From Octopus sinensis (lineage: Eukaryota): 64,000 nt of DNA. Positions 1 to 12,667 of this stretch are shown in pieces. The notes under the pieces are model-generated. The model was not told the DNA's origin. It made no database searches and saw nothing but the letters and a program-made list of their open reading frames with translations. The DNA is taken from assembly GCF_006345805.1 (NCBI RefSeq), contig NC_043012.1:23808001-23872000 (forward strand), in the 5' to 3' direction. The stretch's first letter is position 1, and every line of letters begins with the position of its first letter. A program made the translations under genes and the position numbers.

Positions 1-1080
1 GACAACCACAACTCATTATTGATCCAATTCTTTGATAATTCCCATTTTCATTGAAAATGTAAAAACCTTTGACAAATGCATTTCTTTCCTTTCATTTAGA
101 CTTTTACCACATTTATATATTTTTTTATTTAAAAGTATCTTCAACATATATCTATATCTATATGTATATATATATATATTTCTATATATACATCTGTATG
201 CACACACACACAGATATATATATATACTTATATATACTTATATATATATAAACAGATATATATATACACACATTTATATATGTATATATATATATATTCT
301 ATATATACATCTGTATGCACACACACACAGATATATATATATACTTATATATACTTATATATATATAAACAGATATATATATATACACACATTTATATAT
401 GTATATATATATATATACTTATATATTACTTATGTATATACATATATGTACACAATTGTTTTAAGCTACTTTCTTTGTATGGATTTTTGTTTTGTTGTTT
501 GTTGTTTTACACTGTTTGCTTTTATTTTTTTGTCTATTGTATTTCTTATTATTATTATTATTTTTTTTTTTTTGGTGTGTCTTTATTCTCCTGCCCCAAA
601 TTTTTACCTCATCTAAATCTTTTTCCTGCTAGATCAATCGTCAAAGAAAATTGATTACATTTCAAACGAAAATGCCATTTCATGCTGCTACCATTTTTAT
701 TGTTCTTGATGTTGCTTTCGTTTGTATTGTTTCATTCTTTCACAATCTTGTATAGTGTGTAGGTATGTGTGTATATATCTATATCTATCTCTCTCTATAC
801 ACACACATATACACACACATACATACATAAGTAGTTACATTTTACTATTTCTATTATTAACATGATTATTTACACTTTATATAACTTTCTTTCCAACACT
901 GCCCTTCACCCTTTATTGAAGATGGAGAGGGATAGAAGGGATACACTCCCATGGTTGAGGGGTTGGGCATGAAAAAGTTTTGGAAAACATAATAAAACAA
1001 AAACAAAATTATAAAACATTGTAAAAATATAATAAAAATTGAAAAAGGATTTTTTCAAAAATAAAAGAAAGCAAAACTTC

Positions 1081-1113
<33 letters not shown>

Positions 1114-1558
1114 AACACAAATATATATATGAAATAGATATATAAAGAAAAATAATAATGATAATAATAAATATCAATTTAAGAAATACGGAAAAGAACA
1201 AGAGAAGAACCAACAGAAAGGAAAAAAAGAAGACACTGGCAAGAGAGATGGAATTGTATAAGAAATAATGATTTTTTTCCCTCCTCCCCACAAAAATAAA
1301 TAAATAGAGTGAGTTGCAAAAACTATGGAAAAAGAAGAAAAAATACAGAGGAAATAATAATAAAAATAAATGGACAGGCAAGGGAAGAATTTATAAATAA
1401 ATAAATAATTGAAAAAAAATTTTTTTTTTCTTCTTCCCTCTCAGCACCACCCAAAGAGCTTGATTGAAGGGAACGGGGGGGGGGGGGCAAGATGGAACAG
1501 GGTAGAGATAGTTAGAACGATATATATATATATATATATATATGTTTGTGTGTGGGTG

Positions 1559-1596
<38 letters not shown>

Positions 1597-1602
1597 CATG
1601 TG

Positions 1603-2030
1603 TGTGTTTATAAATATATCACTGCTAATGTTTATGACTTATTTAGTACTCACCACGGTGTGCCTTCAATGAAGTCTAAGCTTTGTGAAGGTAAAAACTA
1701 CGCAACAATGTATAAAACGTAACAAGACAAAGGAGAACATGTTTTGAAATTTGTGATAGAAAATTAAAAACGTTAAATAATACAAAAATAACTGAAAGTT
1801 ACAATAATAATAATAATAATAATAAGATAATAACAACAGATTAAATATAGACAAGAACATCACATAACATATAAGCAGACATGAATGAATTATATCCTTG
1901 AAAAACCACACACACACACACACACCATGTACATAAATCATTATATATATATATATATATATATATGCACATATATATATATATATATATGCACATATAT
2001 ATATATATATATATGCACATATTATATATG

Positions 2031-2066
<36 letters not shown>

Positions 2067-2370
2067 TATATATATATATAACACATATATATTATATGCA
2101 CAAATATATATATATATATGCACATATATAATATATGCATATATATGTGTGTGGTGGTGCATGGGGTGGTGTGTTTATAAATCTACTGCTAATGTTTATG
2201 ACTTATTTAGTACTCACCACGGTGTGCCTTCAATGAAGTCTAAGCTTTGTGAAGGTAAAAACTACGCAACACAATGTATAAAACGTAACAAGACAAAGGA
2301 GAACATGTTTGAGAAATTGTGATAGAAAATTAAAAAACGTAAAATAATACAAAAAATAACTGAAAGTTAC

Positions 2371-2411
<41 letters not shown>

Positions 2412-2510
2412 CAGATATAAATATAGACAAGAACATCACATAACATATAAGCAAGACATGAATGAATTATATCCTTGAAAAATTACACACACACACACAC
2501 ACCATTGTAC

Positions 2511-2515
<5 letters not shown>
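1603..2515. repeat. Direct tandem duplication (about 570-bp period) of a ~340-bp unique segment plus microsatellite
   Basis: The block 'ctgctaatgtttatgacttatttagtactcaccacggtgtgccttcaatgaagtctaagc...aattatatccttgaaaaa' occurs at ~1620-1905 and ~2186-2482, differing only by small indels. Confidence 0.9.
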
Positions 2516-2545
<30 letters not shown>

Positions 2546-2616
2546 CATATATATATATATATATATGCACATATATATATATATATATATATGCACATAT
2601 ATATATATGCACATAA

Positions 2617-2649
<33 letters not shown>

Positions 2650-3329
2650 TATATATATATATACACATATATATATATATGCACAAATATATATATATAT
2701 ATGCACATATATATATATATGCATATATATGTGTGTGTATGTGCAGATATATATATATATACATATATATATATATTACATATATGTATTGCATAACATA
2801 TAAATCATATGATATACACACACATATACATATTAGAGTGTGTGTGTGGGTGTGTGTATAAATATATATATATATATACACATACATACACGTATGTGCA
2901 TATATATTTACGTGTGTGTGTGAGTGTGTGTGTGTGTGTAATAGGAAAACATCAAGAATTACATAAATAAACCAGGGAAAGTAATAAATAAATAAATTAG
3001 TGACTGAATAAGTAAATAAATGACCAACATTTTCCCCCACCCCCCCAAGATTCAGACGACACCAACATCAAGAAACCACTACAACTCCTATATTCAATGG
3101 AAGAAAGAAAAGAAAAACGAGCTAATGACTACAGACAAAAACACAAAAGGAAAATGTAGCAAAAGAAGGCACTGAAAGAACATCGTTATGATTAAATAAT
3201 AACAGAGAAAATGATGAAGATGAGTTGGTGATAATCAAAATAATTTAATGATGATAAATGTAAATATTATAATAGAGTAAAGTAACTATTCTAAAAAAAC
3301 AAAGAAAACTTAAAGGATCAGAATCTCAG

Positions 3330-3500
3330 GTAGGTGCAGGCATGGCTGTGTGTATGTGTGTTAAGAAGTTTGCTTCCCAACCACATGGTTCTGGGTTCAG
3401 TCCCACTCTGTGGCACATTGGGCAAGTGACTTCTACAACAGCCTTGAACTCACCAAAGATTTATGATTGAATTTGGTACATGGAAACTGAGAGAAGCCCA
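3330..3500 (+). mobile_element. tRNA-headed SINE family A, 5' part
   Basis: Diverged match to the full copies at 8955 and 41924 (ccaaccacatggttctgggttcagtcccact...ttgggcaagt). Confidence 0.8.
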
Positions 3501-3513
3501 ATTTATATATATG

Positions 3514-3658
3514 TTAGGAAGGCGTTAGGAAGGGCATCCAGCTATAGAAACACTGCCAGATCAGACTGGGCCTGGTGCAGCCTTCTGGCTTCCCAGACCC
3601 CAGTTGAACCGTCCAACCCATGCTAGCATGGAAAGCGGACGTTCAACAATGATGATTG

Positions 3659-3660
<2 letters not shown>
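3514..3660 (+). mobile_element. RTE-type LINE 3' end with (GAT)n tail
   Basis: ggcgttaggaagggcatccagct...ccaacccatgctagcatggaaa...gatgat. The same 3' UTR is joined to an RTE ORF end at 33845-34270. Confidence 0.75.
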
Positions 3661-3698
<38 letters not shown>

Positions 3699-4217
3699 AT
3701 GTATATACACACACTATGTACCATCTAACAAAGGGTGAAAACTGTCAACTTTGATATAATATATACACACAGACAGATAGATACACACACACACACACCA
3801 CAACACACACACACATGTACATATATATGTATATATAATCACAACTCATTTTTACAGATGAGCAAACTGGAGCAACATGAAATAAAGTGTCTTGCTTAAG
3901 AAGACAACACACAGCCCAGTCTGGGAATCGAACTCACTACCTTATGATTGTGAGCCTAATGCACCAACCATTGAGCCATGTGCCTTCTCAAGGATCTCTA
4001 CTACTTGGGTATGTATATATATATGTATATATTAAAATTATAAATTAGGGTATCTACGAGATACCACCATGTGAGTATAAATCAGTAAATGGTGGGGTTG
4101 TGTTGACCGCACGTGGAGAAATTATAGGAGAGGAATCCATATATATATATACATACACACACATACATATGGATAAACACACCCTCATATATATATATAT
4201 ATATATATACATATATA

Positions 4218-4407
4218 TTTATTTTATAGAAGGAGCTTCTACAGGACTAGAACTGTTTCATTCAAAAGAATCATCAGCTTCCTGATGATTTCTTTTGAAT
4301 GAAACAGTTCTAGTCCTGTAGAAGCTCCTTCTATAAAATAAATTAATTTACTCTGCTATGTATTGAGTACCTTATTTACTGTGGTTAACCCCGACTCAAC
4401 CCGGGAC

Positions 4408-4410
<3 letters not shown>
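4218..4410. mobile_element. Small foldback PLE-like insertion in (TA)n
   Basis: Inverted arms 4218-4277 and 4282-4342, a one-sided extension to ~4410, and (TA)n on both sides. Contains an HHR. Confidence 0.8.
4276..4326 (+). ncRNA. Type I hammerhead ribozyme
   Basis: Stem I AGCUUC/GAAGCU; core CUGAUGA (4282-4288); weak stem II UUC-UUUU-GAA with a U.U closing pair; GAAA (4301-4304); stem III ACAG/CUGU; GUA cleavage triplet. Confidence 0.75.
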
Positions 4411-4443
<33 letters not shown>

Positions 4444-4649
4444 CACATACACACATTAGTATAGTTAGCAAGAAGCATTGCCTCATGTATGTAAATGTTT
4501 TAATTTATTTTTTATAAAGCCAAGACAAAATTTCCTGAGAAAGGTGTCCTTACCTCAAAATACAAGTTAAAAGGAAAATGCATTGACTTGAATTATTTCT
4601 TAGAACTTGCATTGCTTTGGTTTCATAAGAACAATTACAAACATATGCA

Positions 4650-4689
<40 letters not shown>

Positions 4690-4852
4690 TCCATATTTAA
4701 ACATATTCATACAATACATTCAGTAACACATTTTCCTCCTATTGCAAGACATATAACATTATAGAAGGGAGTCAGACTAAACTGTTAGTCTTTTTGTTGT
4801 ATTTCTCTTCATTGTTTGCTGGATGACAAGGCAGTGGATGTCCTTCCAATGT

Positions 4853-5016
4853 GTTATTGTTTCAAGTCACACCTAGGCAATCACCACACCCAGCAGGTCA
4901 TTTATAGCCAGTTCCTACACTGTTTTCTTTTCTGCTCAGATTCTGGTTTACATTTCATGTTGTCAAGGCAACAATTTTACTCATATATAAAATAAATGCA
5001 TGCATACATACATACA
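4853..5016 (+). repeat. Arm 1 of a dispersed inverted duplication (partner 7393-7563)
   Basis: ttcaagtcacacctaggcaatcaccacacccagcaggtcatttatagc...ttgtcaaggcaacaattttact is the reverse complement of 7393-7563. Confidence 0.88.
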
Positions 5017-5300
5017 TATATATGTATGTATATATATATATACACACACACACATATACATAAACCACAAACATGTATATATATATATTATATATATATG
5101 TATATATATATATATACACATATATATATATATATATATATATATTGCAAACATAATATATATATGTGTGTATGCATATTTATATACACACATATATGTA
5201 CAGATACACTTCTCTATTTTAAGCCTGATACATACTCTATCAGTCCATGTTGCCAAACTGGGACAAACAGAAACACAAAGACAGGCACACACACATGTGG

Positions 5301-5334
<34 letters not shown>

Positions 5335-5335
5335 C

Positions 5336-5370
<35 letters not shown>

Positions 5371-5371
5371 T

Positions 5372-5413
<42 letters not shown>

Positions 5414-5431
5414 TTATATTATAATATATAT

Positions 5432-5710
5432 TTGCCTCTGAAACGAAGAGTAGGTGAAACAGGGACGACTGATGAAGGGGAATATTCTTTATGTTGCATG
5501 TCTCATTTTTCTGTTGTTTGAAAAAAAGTTTGTTTTCTATGTTTTTGTTTTTATGTTTTCATTTCTCGTGTTCAACATTTTTTTCATGTCTTGTACCCAT
5601 ATATGTATGTATATATATACATATATCTGTAGGTATACACATATATATATGTATATATGCATTTATTTATATTATTATATGATCGAACACCATGCATCCT
5701 TTTCCAAGTA
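5432..5710 (+). mobile_element. Unclassified interspersed repeat, copy 1
   Basis: gaaacagggacgactgatgaaggggaatattctttatgttgcatgtctc...tgtacccatatatg recurs at ~6150-6460; next to (TA)n. Confidence 0.65.
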
Positions 5711-5939
5711 AGTTTTATCTTAATAATTATGATGCACACTCTTCTATCTCTAATAACTCTTCTCTATCTCTCTCTCTAATCTCTGTCTAGCTGTCTCCTT
5801 CTCTTGTTCTTCATCCTCTCTGGTTTTCTCTCCCTCCCTTCTCTATTCTTTTCCTCTCCTCTTCACCATTCCCTCTCTCTCCTCACTGACACATGACAAA
5901 TAGGAATCTATCTTTCTGTCCATTTCCTTCCTAAAGACA

Positions 5940-6640
5940 ACACATGCTTATACCTGTCTCTTCTCATAAGCTCATCTTCCTAGCGTTCATAATAATTTTT
6001 CTATTGTCTTGGCTTAACAGCCCTCACCATTTGTTTTTACTGTCTTGTTCTCACTGTCCTGTTCTTGTTACCACTTTCACCCTCCACAAAAAATCCCAAA
6101 TTTGCTTTGTGGGAAGGACTGTTTCAATGAAGTTGTGTATTGTCCTTGCCTTCGTAAAGCGGAGTAGATGAAACAGGGACAACTGATGAAGGGGAATATT
6201 CTTTATGTTGCATGTCTCGCTTCTCTGTTTATTTGTTTTTTTTGTTGTTCCAAAAAATTTTTTTGTTTTCTATGTTTTTTGTTTTTATGTTTTCATTTCT
6301 CATTGTGTTCAACTTTTTTTTGATGTCCTGTACCCATATATGCATGTATATATGCATATATATGTAGGTATGTACATATATGTATGTATATATGCATATA
6401 TTTATATTATATTTATATATATATATGTTTTGTTTGCATTCGAAGCTTTCTTCCAAGGAATCTAATGCGCTTAGCTTAGTTTTTCCTTGGGGCTGACCAG
6501 ATTGGAGCAATCTCAAGATTAATCAGCCGAAATTGCGAGGATGATCTGGTTCTTGACTGAAGATTTTGAATGTCCCATCCGTGTTTTTTGTATTGTCTTC
6601 TAAATGTTTTGCGTTCTTGTCCCAGTTTGTATTTTTTTTA
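5940..6640 (+). mobile_element. Longer copy of the same unclassified repeat (possibly a PLE 3' region)
   Basis: 6150-6460 matches 5432-5710 and the element runs into (TA)n at ~6640; the 5' boundary is uncertain. Confidence 0.5.
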
Positions 6641-6652
6641 TACATATATATA

Positions 6653-6693
<41 letters not shown>

Positions 6694-6939
6694 ACAATTA
6701 AGGATAACCTCTTAATAAGGAATCTTAACAAGAAATTATCAGGTAGATAGCGTGAAAAACCTCATAAGGGAAAAATTTCGAAAATAATTCTTTCTTATTG
6801 AACATATTAATTTATATATAGAGGGCATTATTATACATACATGCCTCACACTAAGAGGGACATTAGTCATTTCTACCAAAAATTTTACTAATCATACCCA
6901 ATGCAATCTTTCAAAGCAAGACATTTAAAAAATGAATTT

Positions 6940-7003
6940 AGTCTTGTATCACCTGTGATTTCGTACTTACCGCAGAATTGCGACCATACTCATCAGCAAG
7001 ACT
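6940..7003 (-). ncRNA. Type I hammerhead ribozyme (mirror copy)
   Basis: Reverse complement of 7159-7222 with intact CUGAUGA/GAAA/AUA; inner stem II UCGCA-AUUC-UGCGG. Confidence 0.85.
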
Positions 7004-7158
7004 GATTCTGAACATATCATAAATAAACGACCTGTGCCGCCAAAGTCGAACAGCCATCTGCTCTAATCCAACAAAGCCCCATGTGCTTCGTTGGATTAGA
7101 GCAGATGGCTGTTCGACTTTGGCGGCACAGGTCGTTTATTTATGATATGTTCAGAATC

Positions 7159-7222
7159 AGTCTTGCTGATGAGTAAGGTTGCAATTCTGTGGTAAGTACG
7201 AAATCACAGGTGATACAAGACT
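7159..7222 (+). ncRNA. Type I hammerhead ribozyme
   Basis: Stem I AGUCUUG/CAAGACU (7 bp); CUGAUGA 7166-7172; stem II GUA...UAC with an inner hairpin; GAAA 7200-7203; stem III AUCA-CAGG-UGAU; AUA cleavage triplet (7213-7215). Confidence 0.85.
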
Positions 7223-7346
7223 AAATTCATTTTTTAAATGTCTTGCTTTGAAAGATTGCATTGGGTATGATTAGTAAAATTTTTGGTAGAAATGACTAAT
7301 GTCCCTCTTAGCGTGAGGCATGTATGTATAATAATGCCCTCTATAC

Positions 7347-7392
<46 letters not shown>

Positions 7393-7394
<2 letters not shown>

Positions 7395-7563
7395 ATGTAT
7401 GTATGTATGTATGTATGCATTCATTTATATATTAGTAAAATTGTTGCCTTGACAACATGAAATGTAAACCAGAATCCAAGCAGAAATGAAAACAGTGTAG
7501 GAACTAGCTATAAATGACCTGCTGGGTGTGGTGATTGCCTAGGTGTAACTTGAAACAATGACA
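7393..7563 (-). repeat. Arm 2 of the dispersed inverted duplication (partner 4853-5016)
   Basis: agtaaaattgttgccttgacaacatgaaatgtaaaccagaatc...gattgcctaggtgtaacttgaaacaat. Confidence 0.88.
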
Positions 7564-8344
7564 TGTTTTGCAAAAGGAGACTTTGGATAATGTGATCCTG
7601 GATGGAATATAGTTGATCATAGGTCTACTTGAGGAAGGTTAACCTGGGGCTAAACAACAGTACACACACATGTGTGTGTGCACTCACACATCCCAAACAC
7701 AAGCACAAAGTTATATAGGGTGTCACTTCCCTCTATTACATGGCCCTTTATCTACATATTGAAGTTTATTGCTGGTTTTGTTTTTCACACCAGGACACTA
7801 TTAGATAGGAAAAGGGGCAAATAAAAAAATGTATAGGGAGAGTAAGTAGGGGAGAGGAGGGAATGAGGTGGGAAGAGTGAGTAGGAGATGGGGTGGGAAA
7901 AGAAGAAGAGGGGAAGAGAGTAGGAGTAAATGAGAGCAAGTAGAAGGAAGTCAGAGAATGGGAGGAGGAAATATGGCAGAGTGGGCAGGGGATGGGGGAT
8001 GGGAACAGTAGAGAAATAAAGGGAGAGGGAAGGACGATGGTGAGAGAATGGAGAAAGGAATGGGTGTGGGGGTTAGAAGGCATGAGAAGAAGGGTTGATG
8101 AAGGGGACAGAAAGAGAGGAGGGAGGATGCAGGTAGGAAAAGGGTAGGCAGCAAAAGAGAAGGTAAGCAGAGAAGGAAGGTGGAAGACAACCATACAAAG
8201 AGAAAGAACACAATAGGGATAATAGGTGAAGAGGAAGCAAGAGGGGGAAAGAGAGAGAAAGAGAGAGGGTAATGACAGAAAATAGGTGGGGGGTACATTA
8301 TGGTCAAGGATGATGTCAATGATGACAATGATGATAGTAGTGGT

Positions 8345-8552
8345 CTTAATGCTTTCCAGTATAGGTACAAGGCCTGAAATTTTGGGTGATAGGAGCTAGT
8401 TGATTACATTGACCCCTACTATTTGACTGGTACTTTATTTTATCAACTCTGAAAGGGTGAACTGCAAAGTCAGCTATGGCAGAATTTGAACTCAGAACAT
8501 AAAAAACAGATGAAACATCACTAAATATTTTGGTTCTGCCAGCTTGCTGCCT
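8345..8552 (-). mobile_element. SINE family B, diverged
   Basis: Matches the copy at 11030-11252 (gaatttgaactcagaac, attgacccc...actggtact). Confidence 0.75.
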
Positions 8553-8954
8553 TATTGATGATTATTGTGGTGGGGGAGTGATGATGGTGGTGATAAAGTG
8601 GATGATGGTAGTGAAGGGATGATGAATAAGAGATAGAGTTAAGCTAGCAGTTGACCCAGTTGTCCAAGTGTGGTGATGTGAGAAATTCATATATATATAT
8701 ATAACTCCCTAGTCATTTCAAACTTCTCTCTGATATTCAAAGGACTTCTAAATATCACTGATGAAGAAGTAAGCAAGATGTAATGGACAAATGGTCAGGC
8801 AGTTAAAACCACTGATAACCAACTTCACCAATCAAAATTTCCCACATTTGGAGTAGATTTCTTTTATTCTTGTTGTTATTGTTTGACCCTTTCACATTAG
8901 CCTGCTAATTCTATGATTAAAAAAAAAAAAAACCTTTTTCTAATAAAGTAATTT

Positions 8955-9371
8955 AGGCACAGGAGTGGCTCTGTGGTAAGTAGCTTGCTAACCAACCACA
9001 TGGTTCTGGGTTCAGTCCCACTGTGTGGCACCTTGGGCAAGTGTCTTCTACTATAGCCCCGGGCCGACCAATGCCTTGTGAGTGGATTTGGTAGACAGAA
9101 ACTGAAAGAAGCCTGTCGTATATATGTATATATATATGTATGTGTGTATGTGTTTGTGCGTCTGTGTTTGTCCCCCTAGCATTGCTTGACAACCGATGCT
9201 GGTGTGTTTACGTCCCCGTCACTTAGCGGTTCGGCAAAAGAGACCGATAGGATAAGTACTGGGCTTACAAAGAATAAGTCCCGGGTCGATTTGCTTGACT
9301 AAAGGCGGTGCTCCAGCATGGCCACAGTCAAATGACTGAAACAAGTAAAAGAGTAAAAGTGTAAAAGAGTA
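8955..9371 (+). mobile_element. Full-length tRNA-headed SINE family A (CORE-like 'ccttgggcaagt' segment, internal TG/TA repeat)
   Basis: A-box-like tggctctgtgg and B-box-like ggttcagtccc; near-identical copies at 22746, 41924, 60010 and 63505; 3' tail ggcggtgctccagcatggccacagtcaaatgactgaaac followed by (gtaaaaga)n. Confidence 0.88.
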
Positions 9372-9744
9372 AGTTAAAATCTTCATCAAAAGTTCCATGT
9401 TAATTTATGTTCTGAACAACAGCTTAATAACAAGAAAGATGGTTTATTACATTCTTCCTTGTTGTTAAAATTAATTGGAACAAATGGTGTGTATTCCAAC
9501 AGGAATATGGTAACAAAAGACTTAACCTTGGAAGTAAAACTTTGAGCAATGCATTCCAAATATGAATTTCACATCTTTCCATAAGTTATCTTGGAATACA
9601 CTCTCCAATGTGTTCTTTCTTTGCTTCAGATCACATGATGTGATTCCAAAACAGATTTGGTCACTATTTCACATACATGAGGGTTTTGTAACTGACTTGT
9701 AAATTATATAGGTATAAGTGAAATCAAAAATCAAAAATCAAAGT

Positions 9745-10233
9745 CAAATTCAATGACTGGCGTCTGCTAGTGGGGTGCACAGAGCACCATACGAGTGTGG
9801 TCATTGACAGAGCGGCTAACCGGCTTCCATGCCAGTGGCACTTAAAAGGCACCATTCAAGCGTGTCGTTACCAGCATCGCATTACTGGCACTCGAGCCCC
9901 ATGCTAGTAGGGTATTAAGAGCACCATCCGAGCGTGATCGTTGCCAGAGCGGCTATCTGGCTTCCGTGCCAGTGGCACATAAAAGACACCATTTGAGTGT
10001 GGTAGTTACCAGCATCACCTTACTGGCACCCGTGCCGGTGGCATGTGTAAAAGATTCGAGCGAGGTCGTTGCAAGTGCTGCCTGGAGTGGTTGGCGTTAG
10101 GAAGAGCATCCAGCTGTAGAAACTCTGCCAGATCAAGATTGAAGCCTGGTGCAGCCATCTGGTTCGCCAACCCTCAGTCATATGTCCAACCCATAATAGC
10201 ATGGAAAGCAGATGTTAAACGATGATGATGATG
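9745..10233 (+). mobile_element. RTE-type LINE 3' UTR with an internal tandem duplication
   Basis: Two ~140-bp units (gagcaccat...ccagtggcac...accagcatc...tactggcac), then ggagtggttggcgttaggaag...catggaaagc and (GAT)n. Confidence 0.75.
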
Positions 10234-10307
10234 ATATGAATGCATGCATGTATGCGTGTATGTAGAGAGAGAGAGACAGACAGACAGAGACAGGGGAAGA
10301 GGGAGGG

Positions 10308-10500
10308 AAGGTGCATGGCTTAGTGGTTTGGATGTTGGACTCATGATCACAAGATTGTGGTTTTGATCCTTGGACCAATAGATGCATTATGTTCTTGTGC
10401 AAAACACTTCATTCCATGTTGCTCCAGTTCACTCAAGTGGTAAGGATGAGCAATCCAGTAATGACCCAGCATCCTGACCAGGGAGGAAGATATAAGCCAT
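10308..10500 (+). mobile_element. Old tRNA-headed SINE family D
   Basis: Head catggcttagtgg...ggttttgatcc and body gcaaaacacttcattccatgttgctccagt, shared with 58290-58425. Confidence 0.6.
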
Positions 10501-10913
10501 AGCAACTGGGATTTTCAAATCTCAGCTGGAACCAGAGATATGCCAGCAAACTTTTGGTAAACACTATATGCAACAACAACAGCAGCAGCTCCACTGACAA
10601 TGACAATATCAAGAGTTAGAAGCTCATTCTAAAAACTAGTGAGAACCAAGATTCTAAAGCCAAAGGTTAAAAAAAAAAAAAGAAGCAGCTTGCACAGAGA
10701 GTTAATTCAACTTGTGCTGCTGTTAGGCAATTAAAACATAAAGGCAGCAGCAGCAGCAGCAAGCACACAGAATAGACATTGACACAACTTGTGTAAGAAT
10801 TAAGAAATAAGAGAAGCACACAAATGTTGCAAAATCAACTAAATTTAGGGGTATATATTAGGTCTATACCCCCTACACACTAAAACAAGTGTACATACAT
10901 AAATATACACACA

Positions 10914-10951
<38 letters not shown>

Positions 10952-11029
10952 TTAGAGACAAAACCCTGTAAATTTGGATTTATTCCCTAATATTTATTAT
11001 TATTATATATATATATATTTTTTTTTTTT

Positions 11030-11251
11030 TACTACCCACAAGGGGCTAAACACAGAGGGGACAAACAAGGACAGAGAAACGGATTAAGTTGATTACATCG
11101 ACCCCAGTGCGTAACTGGTACTTAATTTATCGACCCCTAAAGGATGAAAGGCAAAGTCGACCTTGGCGGAATTTGAACTCAGAACGTAACGGCAGACGAA
11201 ATACGGCTACGCATTTCGCCCGGCGTGCTAACGTTTCTGCCAGCTCGCCGC

Positions 11252-11252
<1 letters not shown>
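11030..11252 (-). mobile_element. Full-length SINE family B
   Basis: Minus strand ggcggcgagctggcagaaacgttagc...gagttcaaattcc...gcctttcatcctttaggggtcgataaattaagtaccag; CpG-rich and young-looking; more than 10 copies in the window. Confidence 0.88.
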
Positions 11253-11302
<50 letters not shown>

Positions 11303-11904
11303 ATACAATCACACATACTTTTACACAGACTCACACAGGCATGACTGTGATTAAGAAGCCCCCTTTGCAACCACATGGCTTCATGTTCAATTCCACAGCA
11401 CAGGACCTTAAAAAGGTACCTTCTCCCACAGTGCCAAGCTGACCAATGCTTTTGTAAGTGAATTTGGTTGATGGAAACTCTATTGACCTCAGCAGGATTT
11501 TAACTCTTGAGGGCAGAGAACAAAGCATTCTCTGCAAAGATTTAATGTCTAATGTAGGACATTGTCATCGAATGTAAAAGCAGAGGCCATTACAGTAGGG
11601 GTGGGAAATGCAGCAGAGTGCACTTGAGGGTCAAAGGTTGAGATGTGTTGGTGAGTGGGCCTTTGCTAATCACTTGCATGGCTTTCTTTTGGACAGAGCG
11701 GGGATATGTGCATTGTGTGTGTGTGCACGTGCACTTGTGTATGTGCATACTTGTGTGTGCGCATGTTTTCACAAGAGTGTGTGCATGTGTATGGGTGTGT
11801 ATCAACAGCACTGGCTCAGTATTGTTAATACGCAGAAAGGTCACACTTTGACAGAAGATTTGCAGAGAGAATCTATAAGGGGCAACATAGTTATGGTGTA
11901 GCTG

Positions 11905-12080
11905 GTGCATGGACAACCCTTTCCATGAAGTGGGCCACATGAGACATGGCACATTATCAGGTTGGCCACATGAGACATGGCATATTATCAGGTGAGCCAC
12001 ATGTGACATGGCGCACACTTTAATTTCTCCTTAGGCGTGCCATTCAGAGAGTCCCACAGGCTGCAATTTATCCATGACTG
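11905..12080. mobile_element. Possible hAT-type MITE with 3 internal ~31-bp repeats
   Basis: Imperfect TIRs catggacaa / ttatccatg; (ggccacatgagacatggcacattatcaggt) x ~3 at 11933-12015. Confidence 0.45.
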
Positions 12081-12635
12081 GCATAGATAGATAGAAAGGG
12101 GTTCATTAGTAAACAATGTCTCTTATAACAACCACGCATGTTAATTAGTGCATGATATCACATTTTAATAATTTGATCTGCAACAAACCAGAAACAAACA
12201 ATGTTTAAACCAGAAAACAGGAGGGAAATATCAAAACAAAAACCCACACATACACACACGTATATACATACACACACACATACATACATACATACATACA
12301 TGCAAACATATAAACACATACATGTGCATATATACACACACCATACAAATTTATCGTTTTACTTATTCACTAAAATAAGTTTTAGAACTTTTTTCTAAAC
12401 ATTAGAAAATATATGAAAATAACAAAAGAAAACAAACATATAAAATACGTTTGGGTACTATATTATTTATATTTTTTATTCATTTGTTTGTTTTTATTTA
12501 TTTATCTGTTTATATACTTATTTATTTATTTATTTATTTTTACTTGCAAGATTCCAAAAGTTTCAAAAATGTTAAGTTAGTTACAGCTTCTTTTGTTAAG
12601 ATGGCACAAATTGGTCTACATAGAAATACAGCCTT

Positions 12636-12667
<32 letters not shown>

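Larger units (their letters stand above)
6690..7351. mobile_element. Foldback PLE-like element (inverted pseudo-LTRs) in (TA)n
   Basis: Near-perfect inverted arms 6811-7077 and 7085-7351 with a 7-nt spacer, a one-sided extension 6690-6810, (TA)n on both flanks, and an HHR in each arm. Confidence 0.9.

Noticed and set aside
5455-5480. GAAAC...CTGATGA here and at 6170-6190 as a permuted hammerhead
   Set aside because: I could not fold stems I-III around the motifs
6490-6565. GGCTGA...TCAGCC-GAAA followed by CTGAAGA
   Set aside because: There is a stem before GAAA but no CUGANGA directly 5' of it, and no stem I for a type II arrangement
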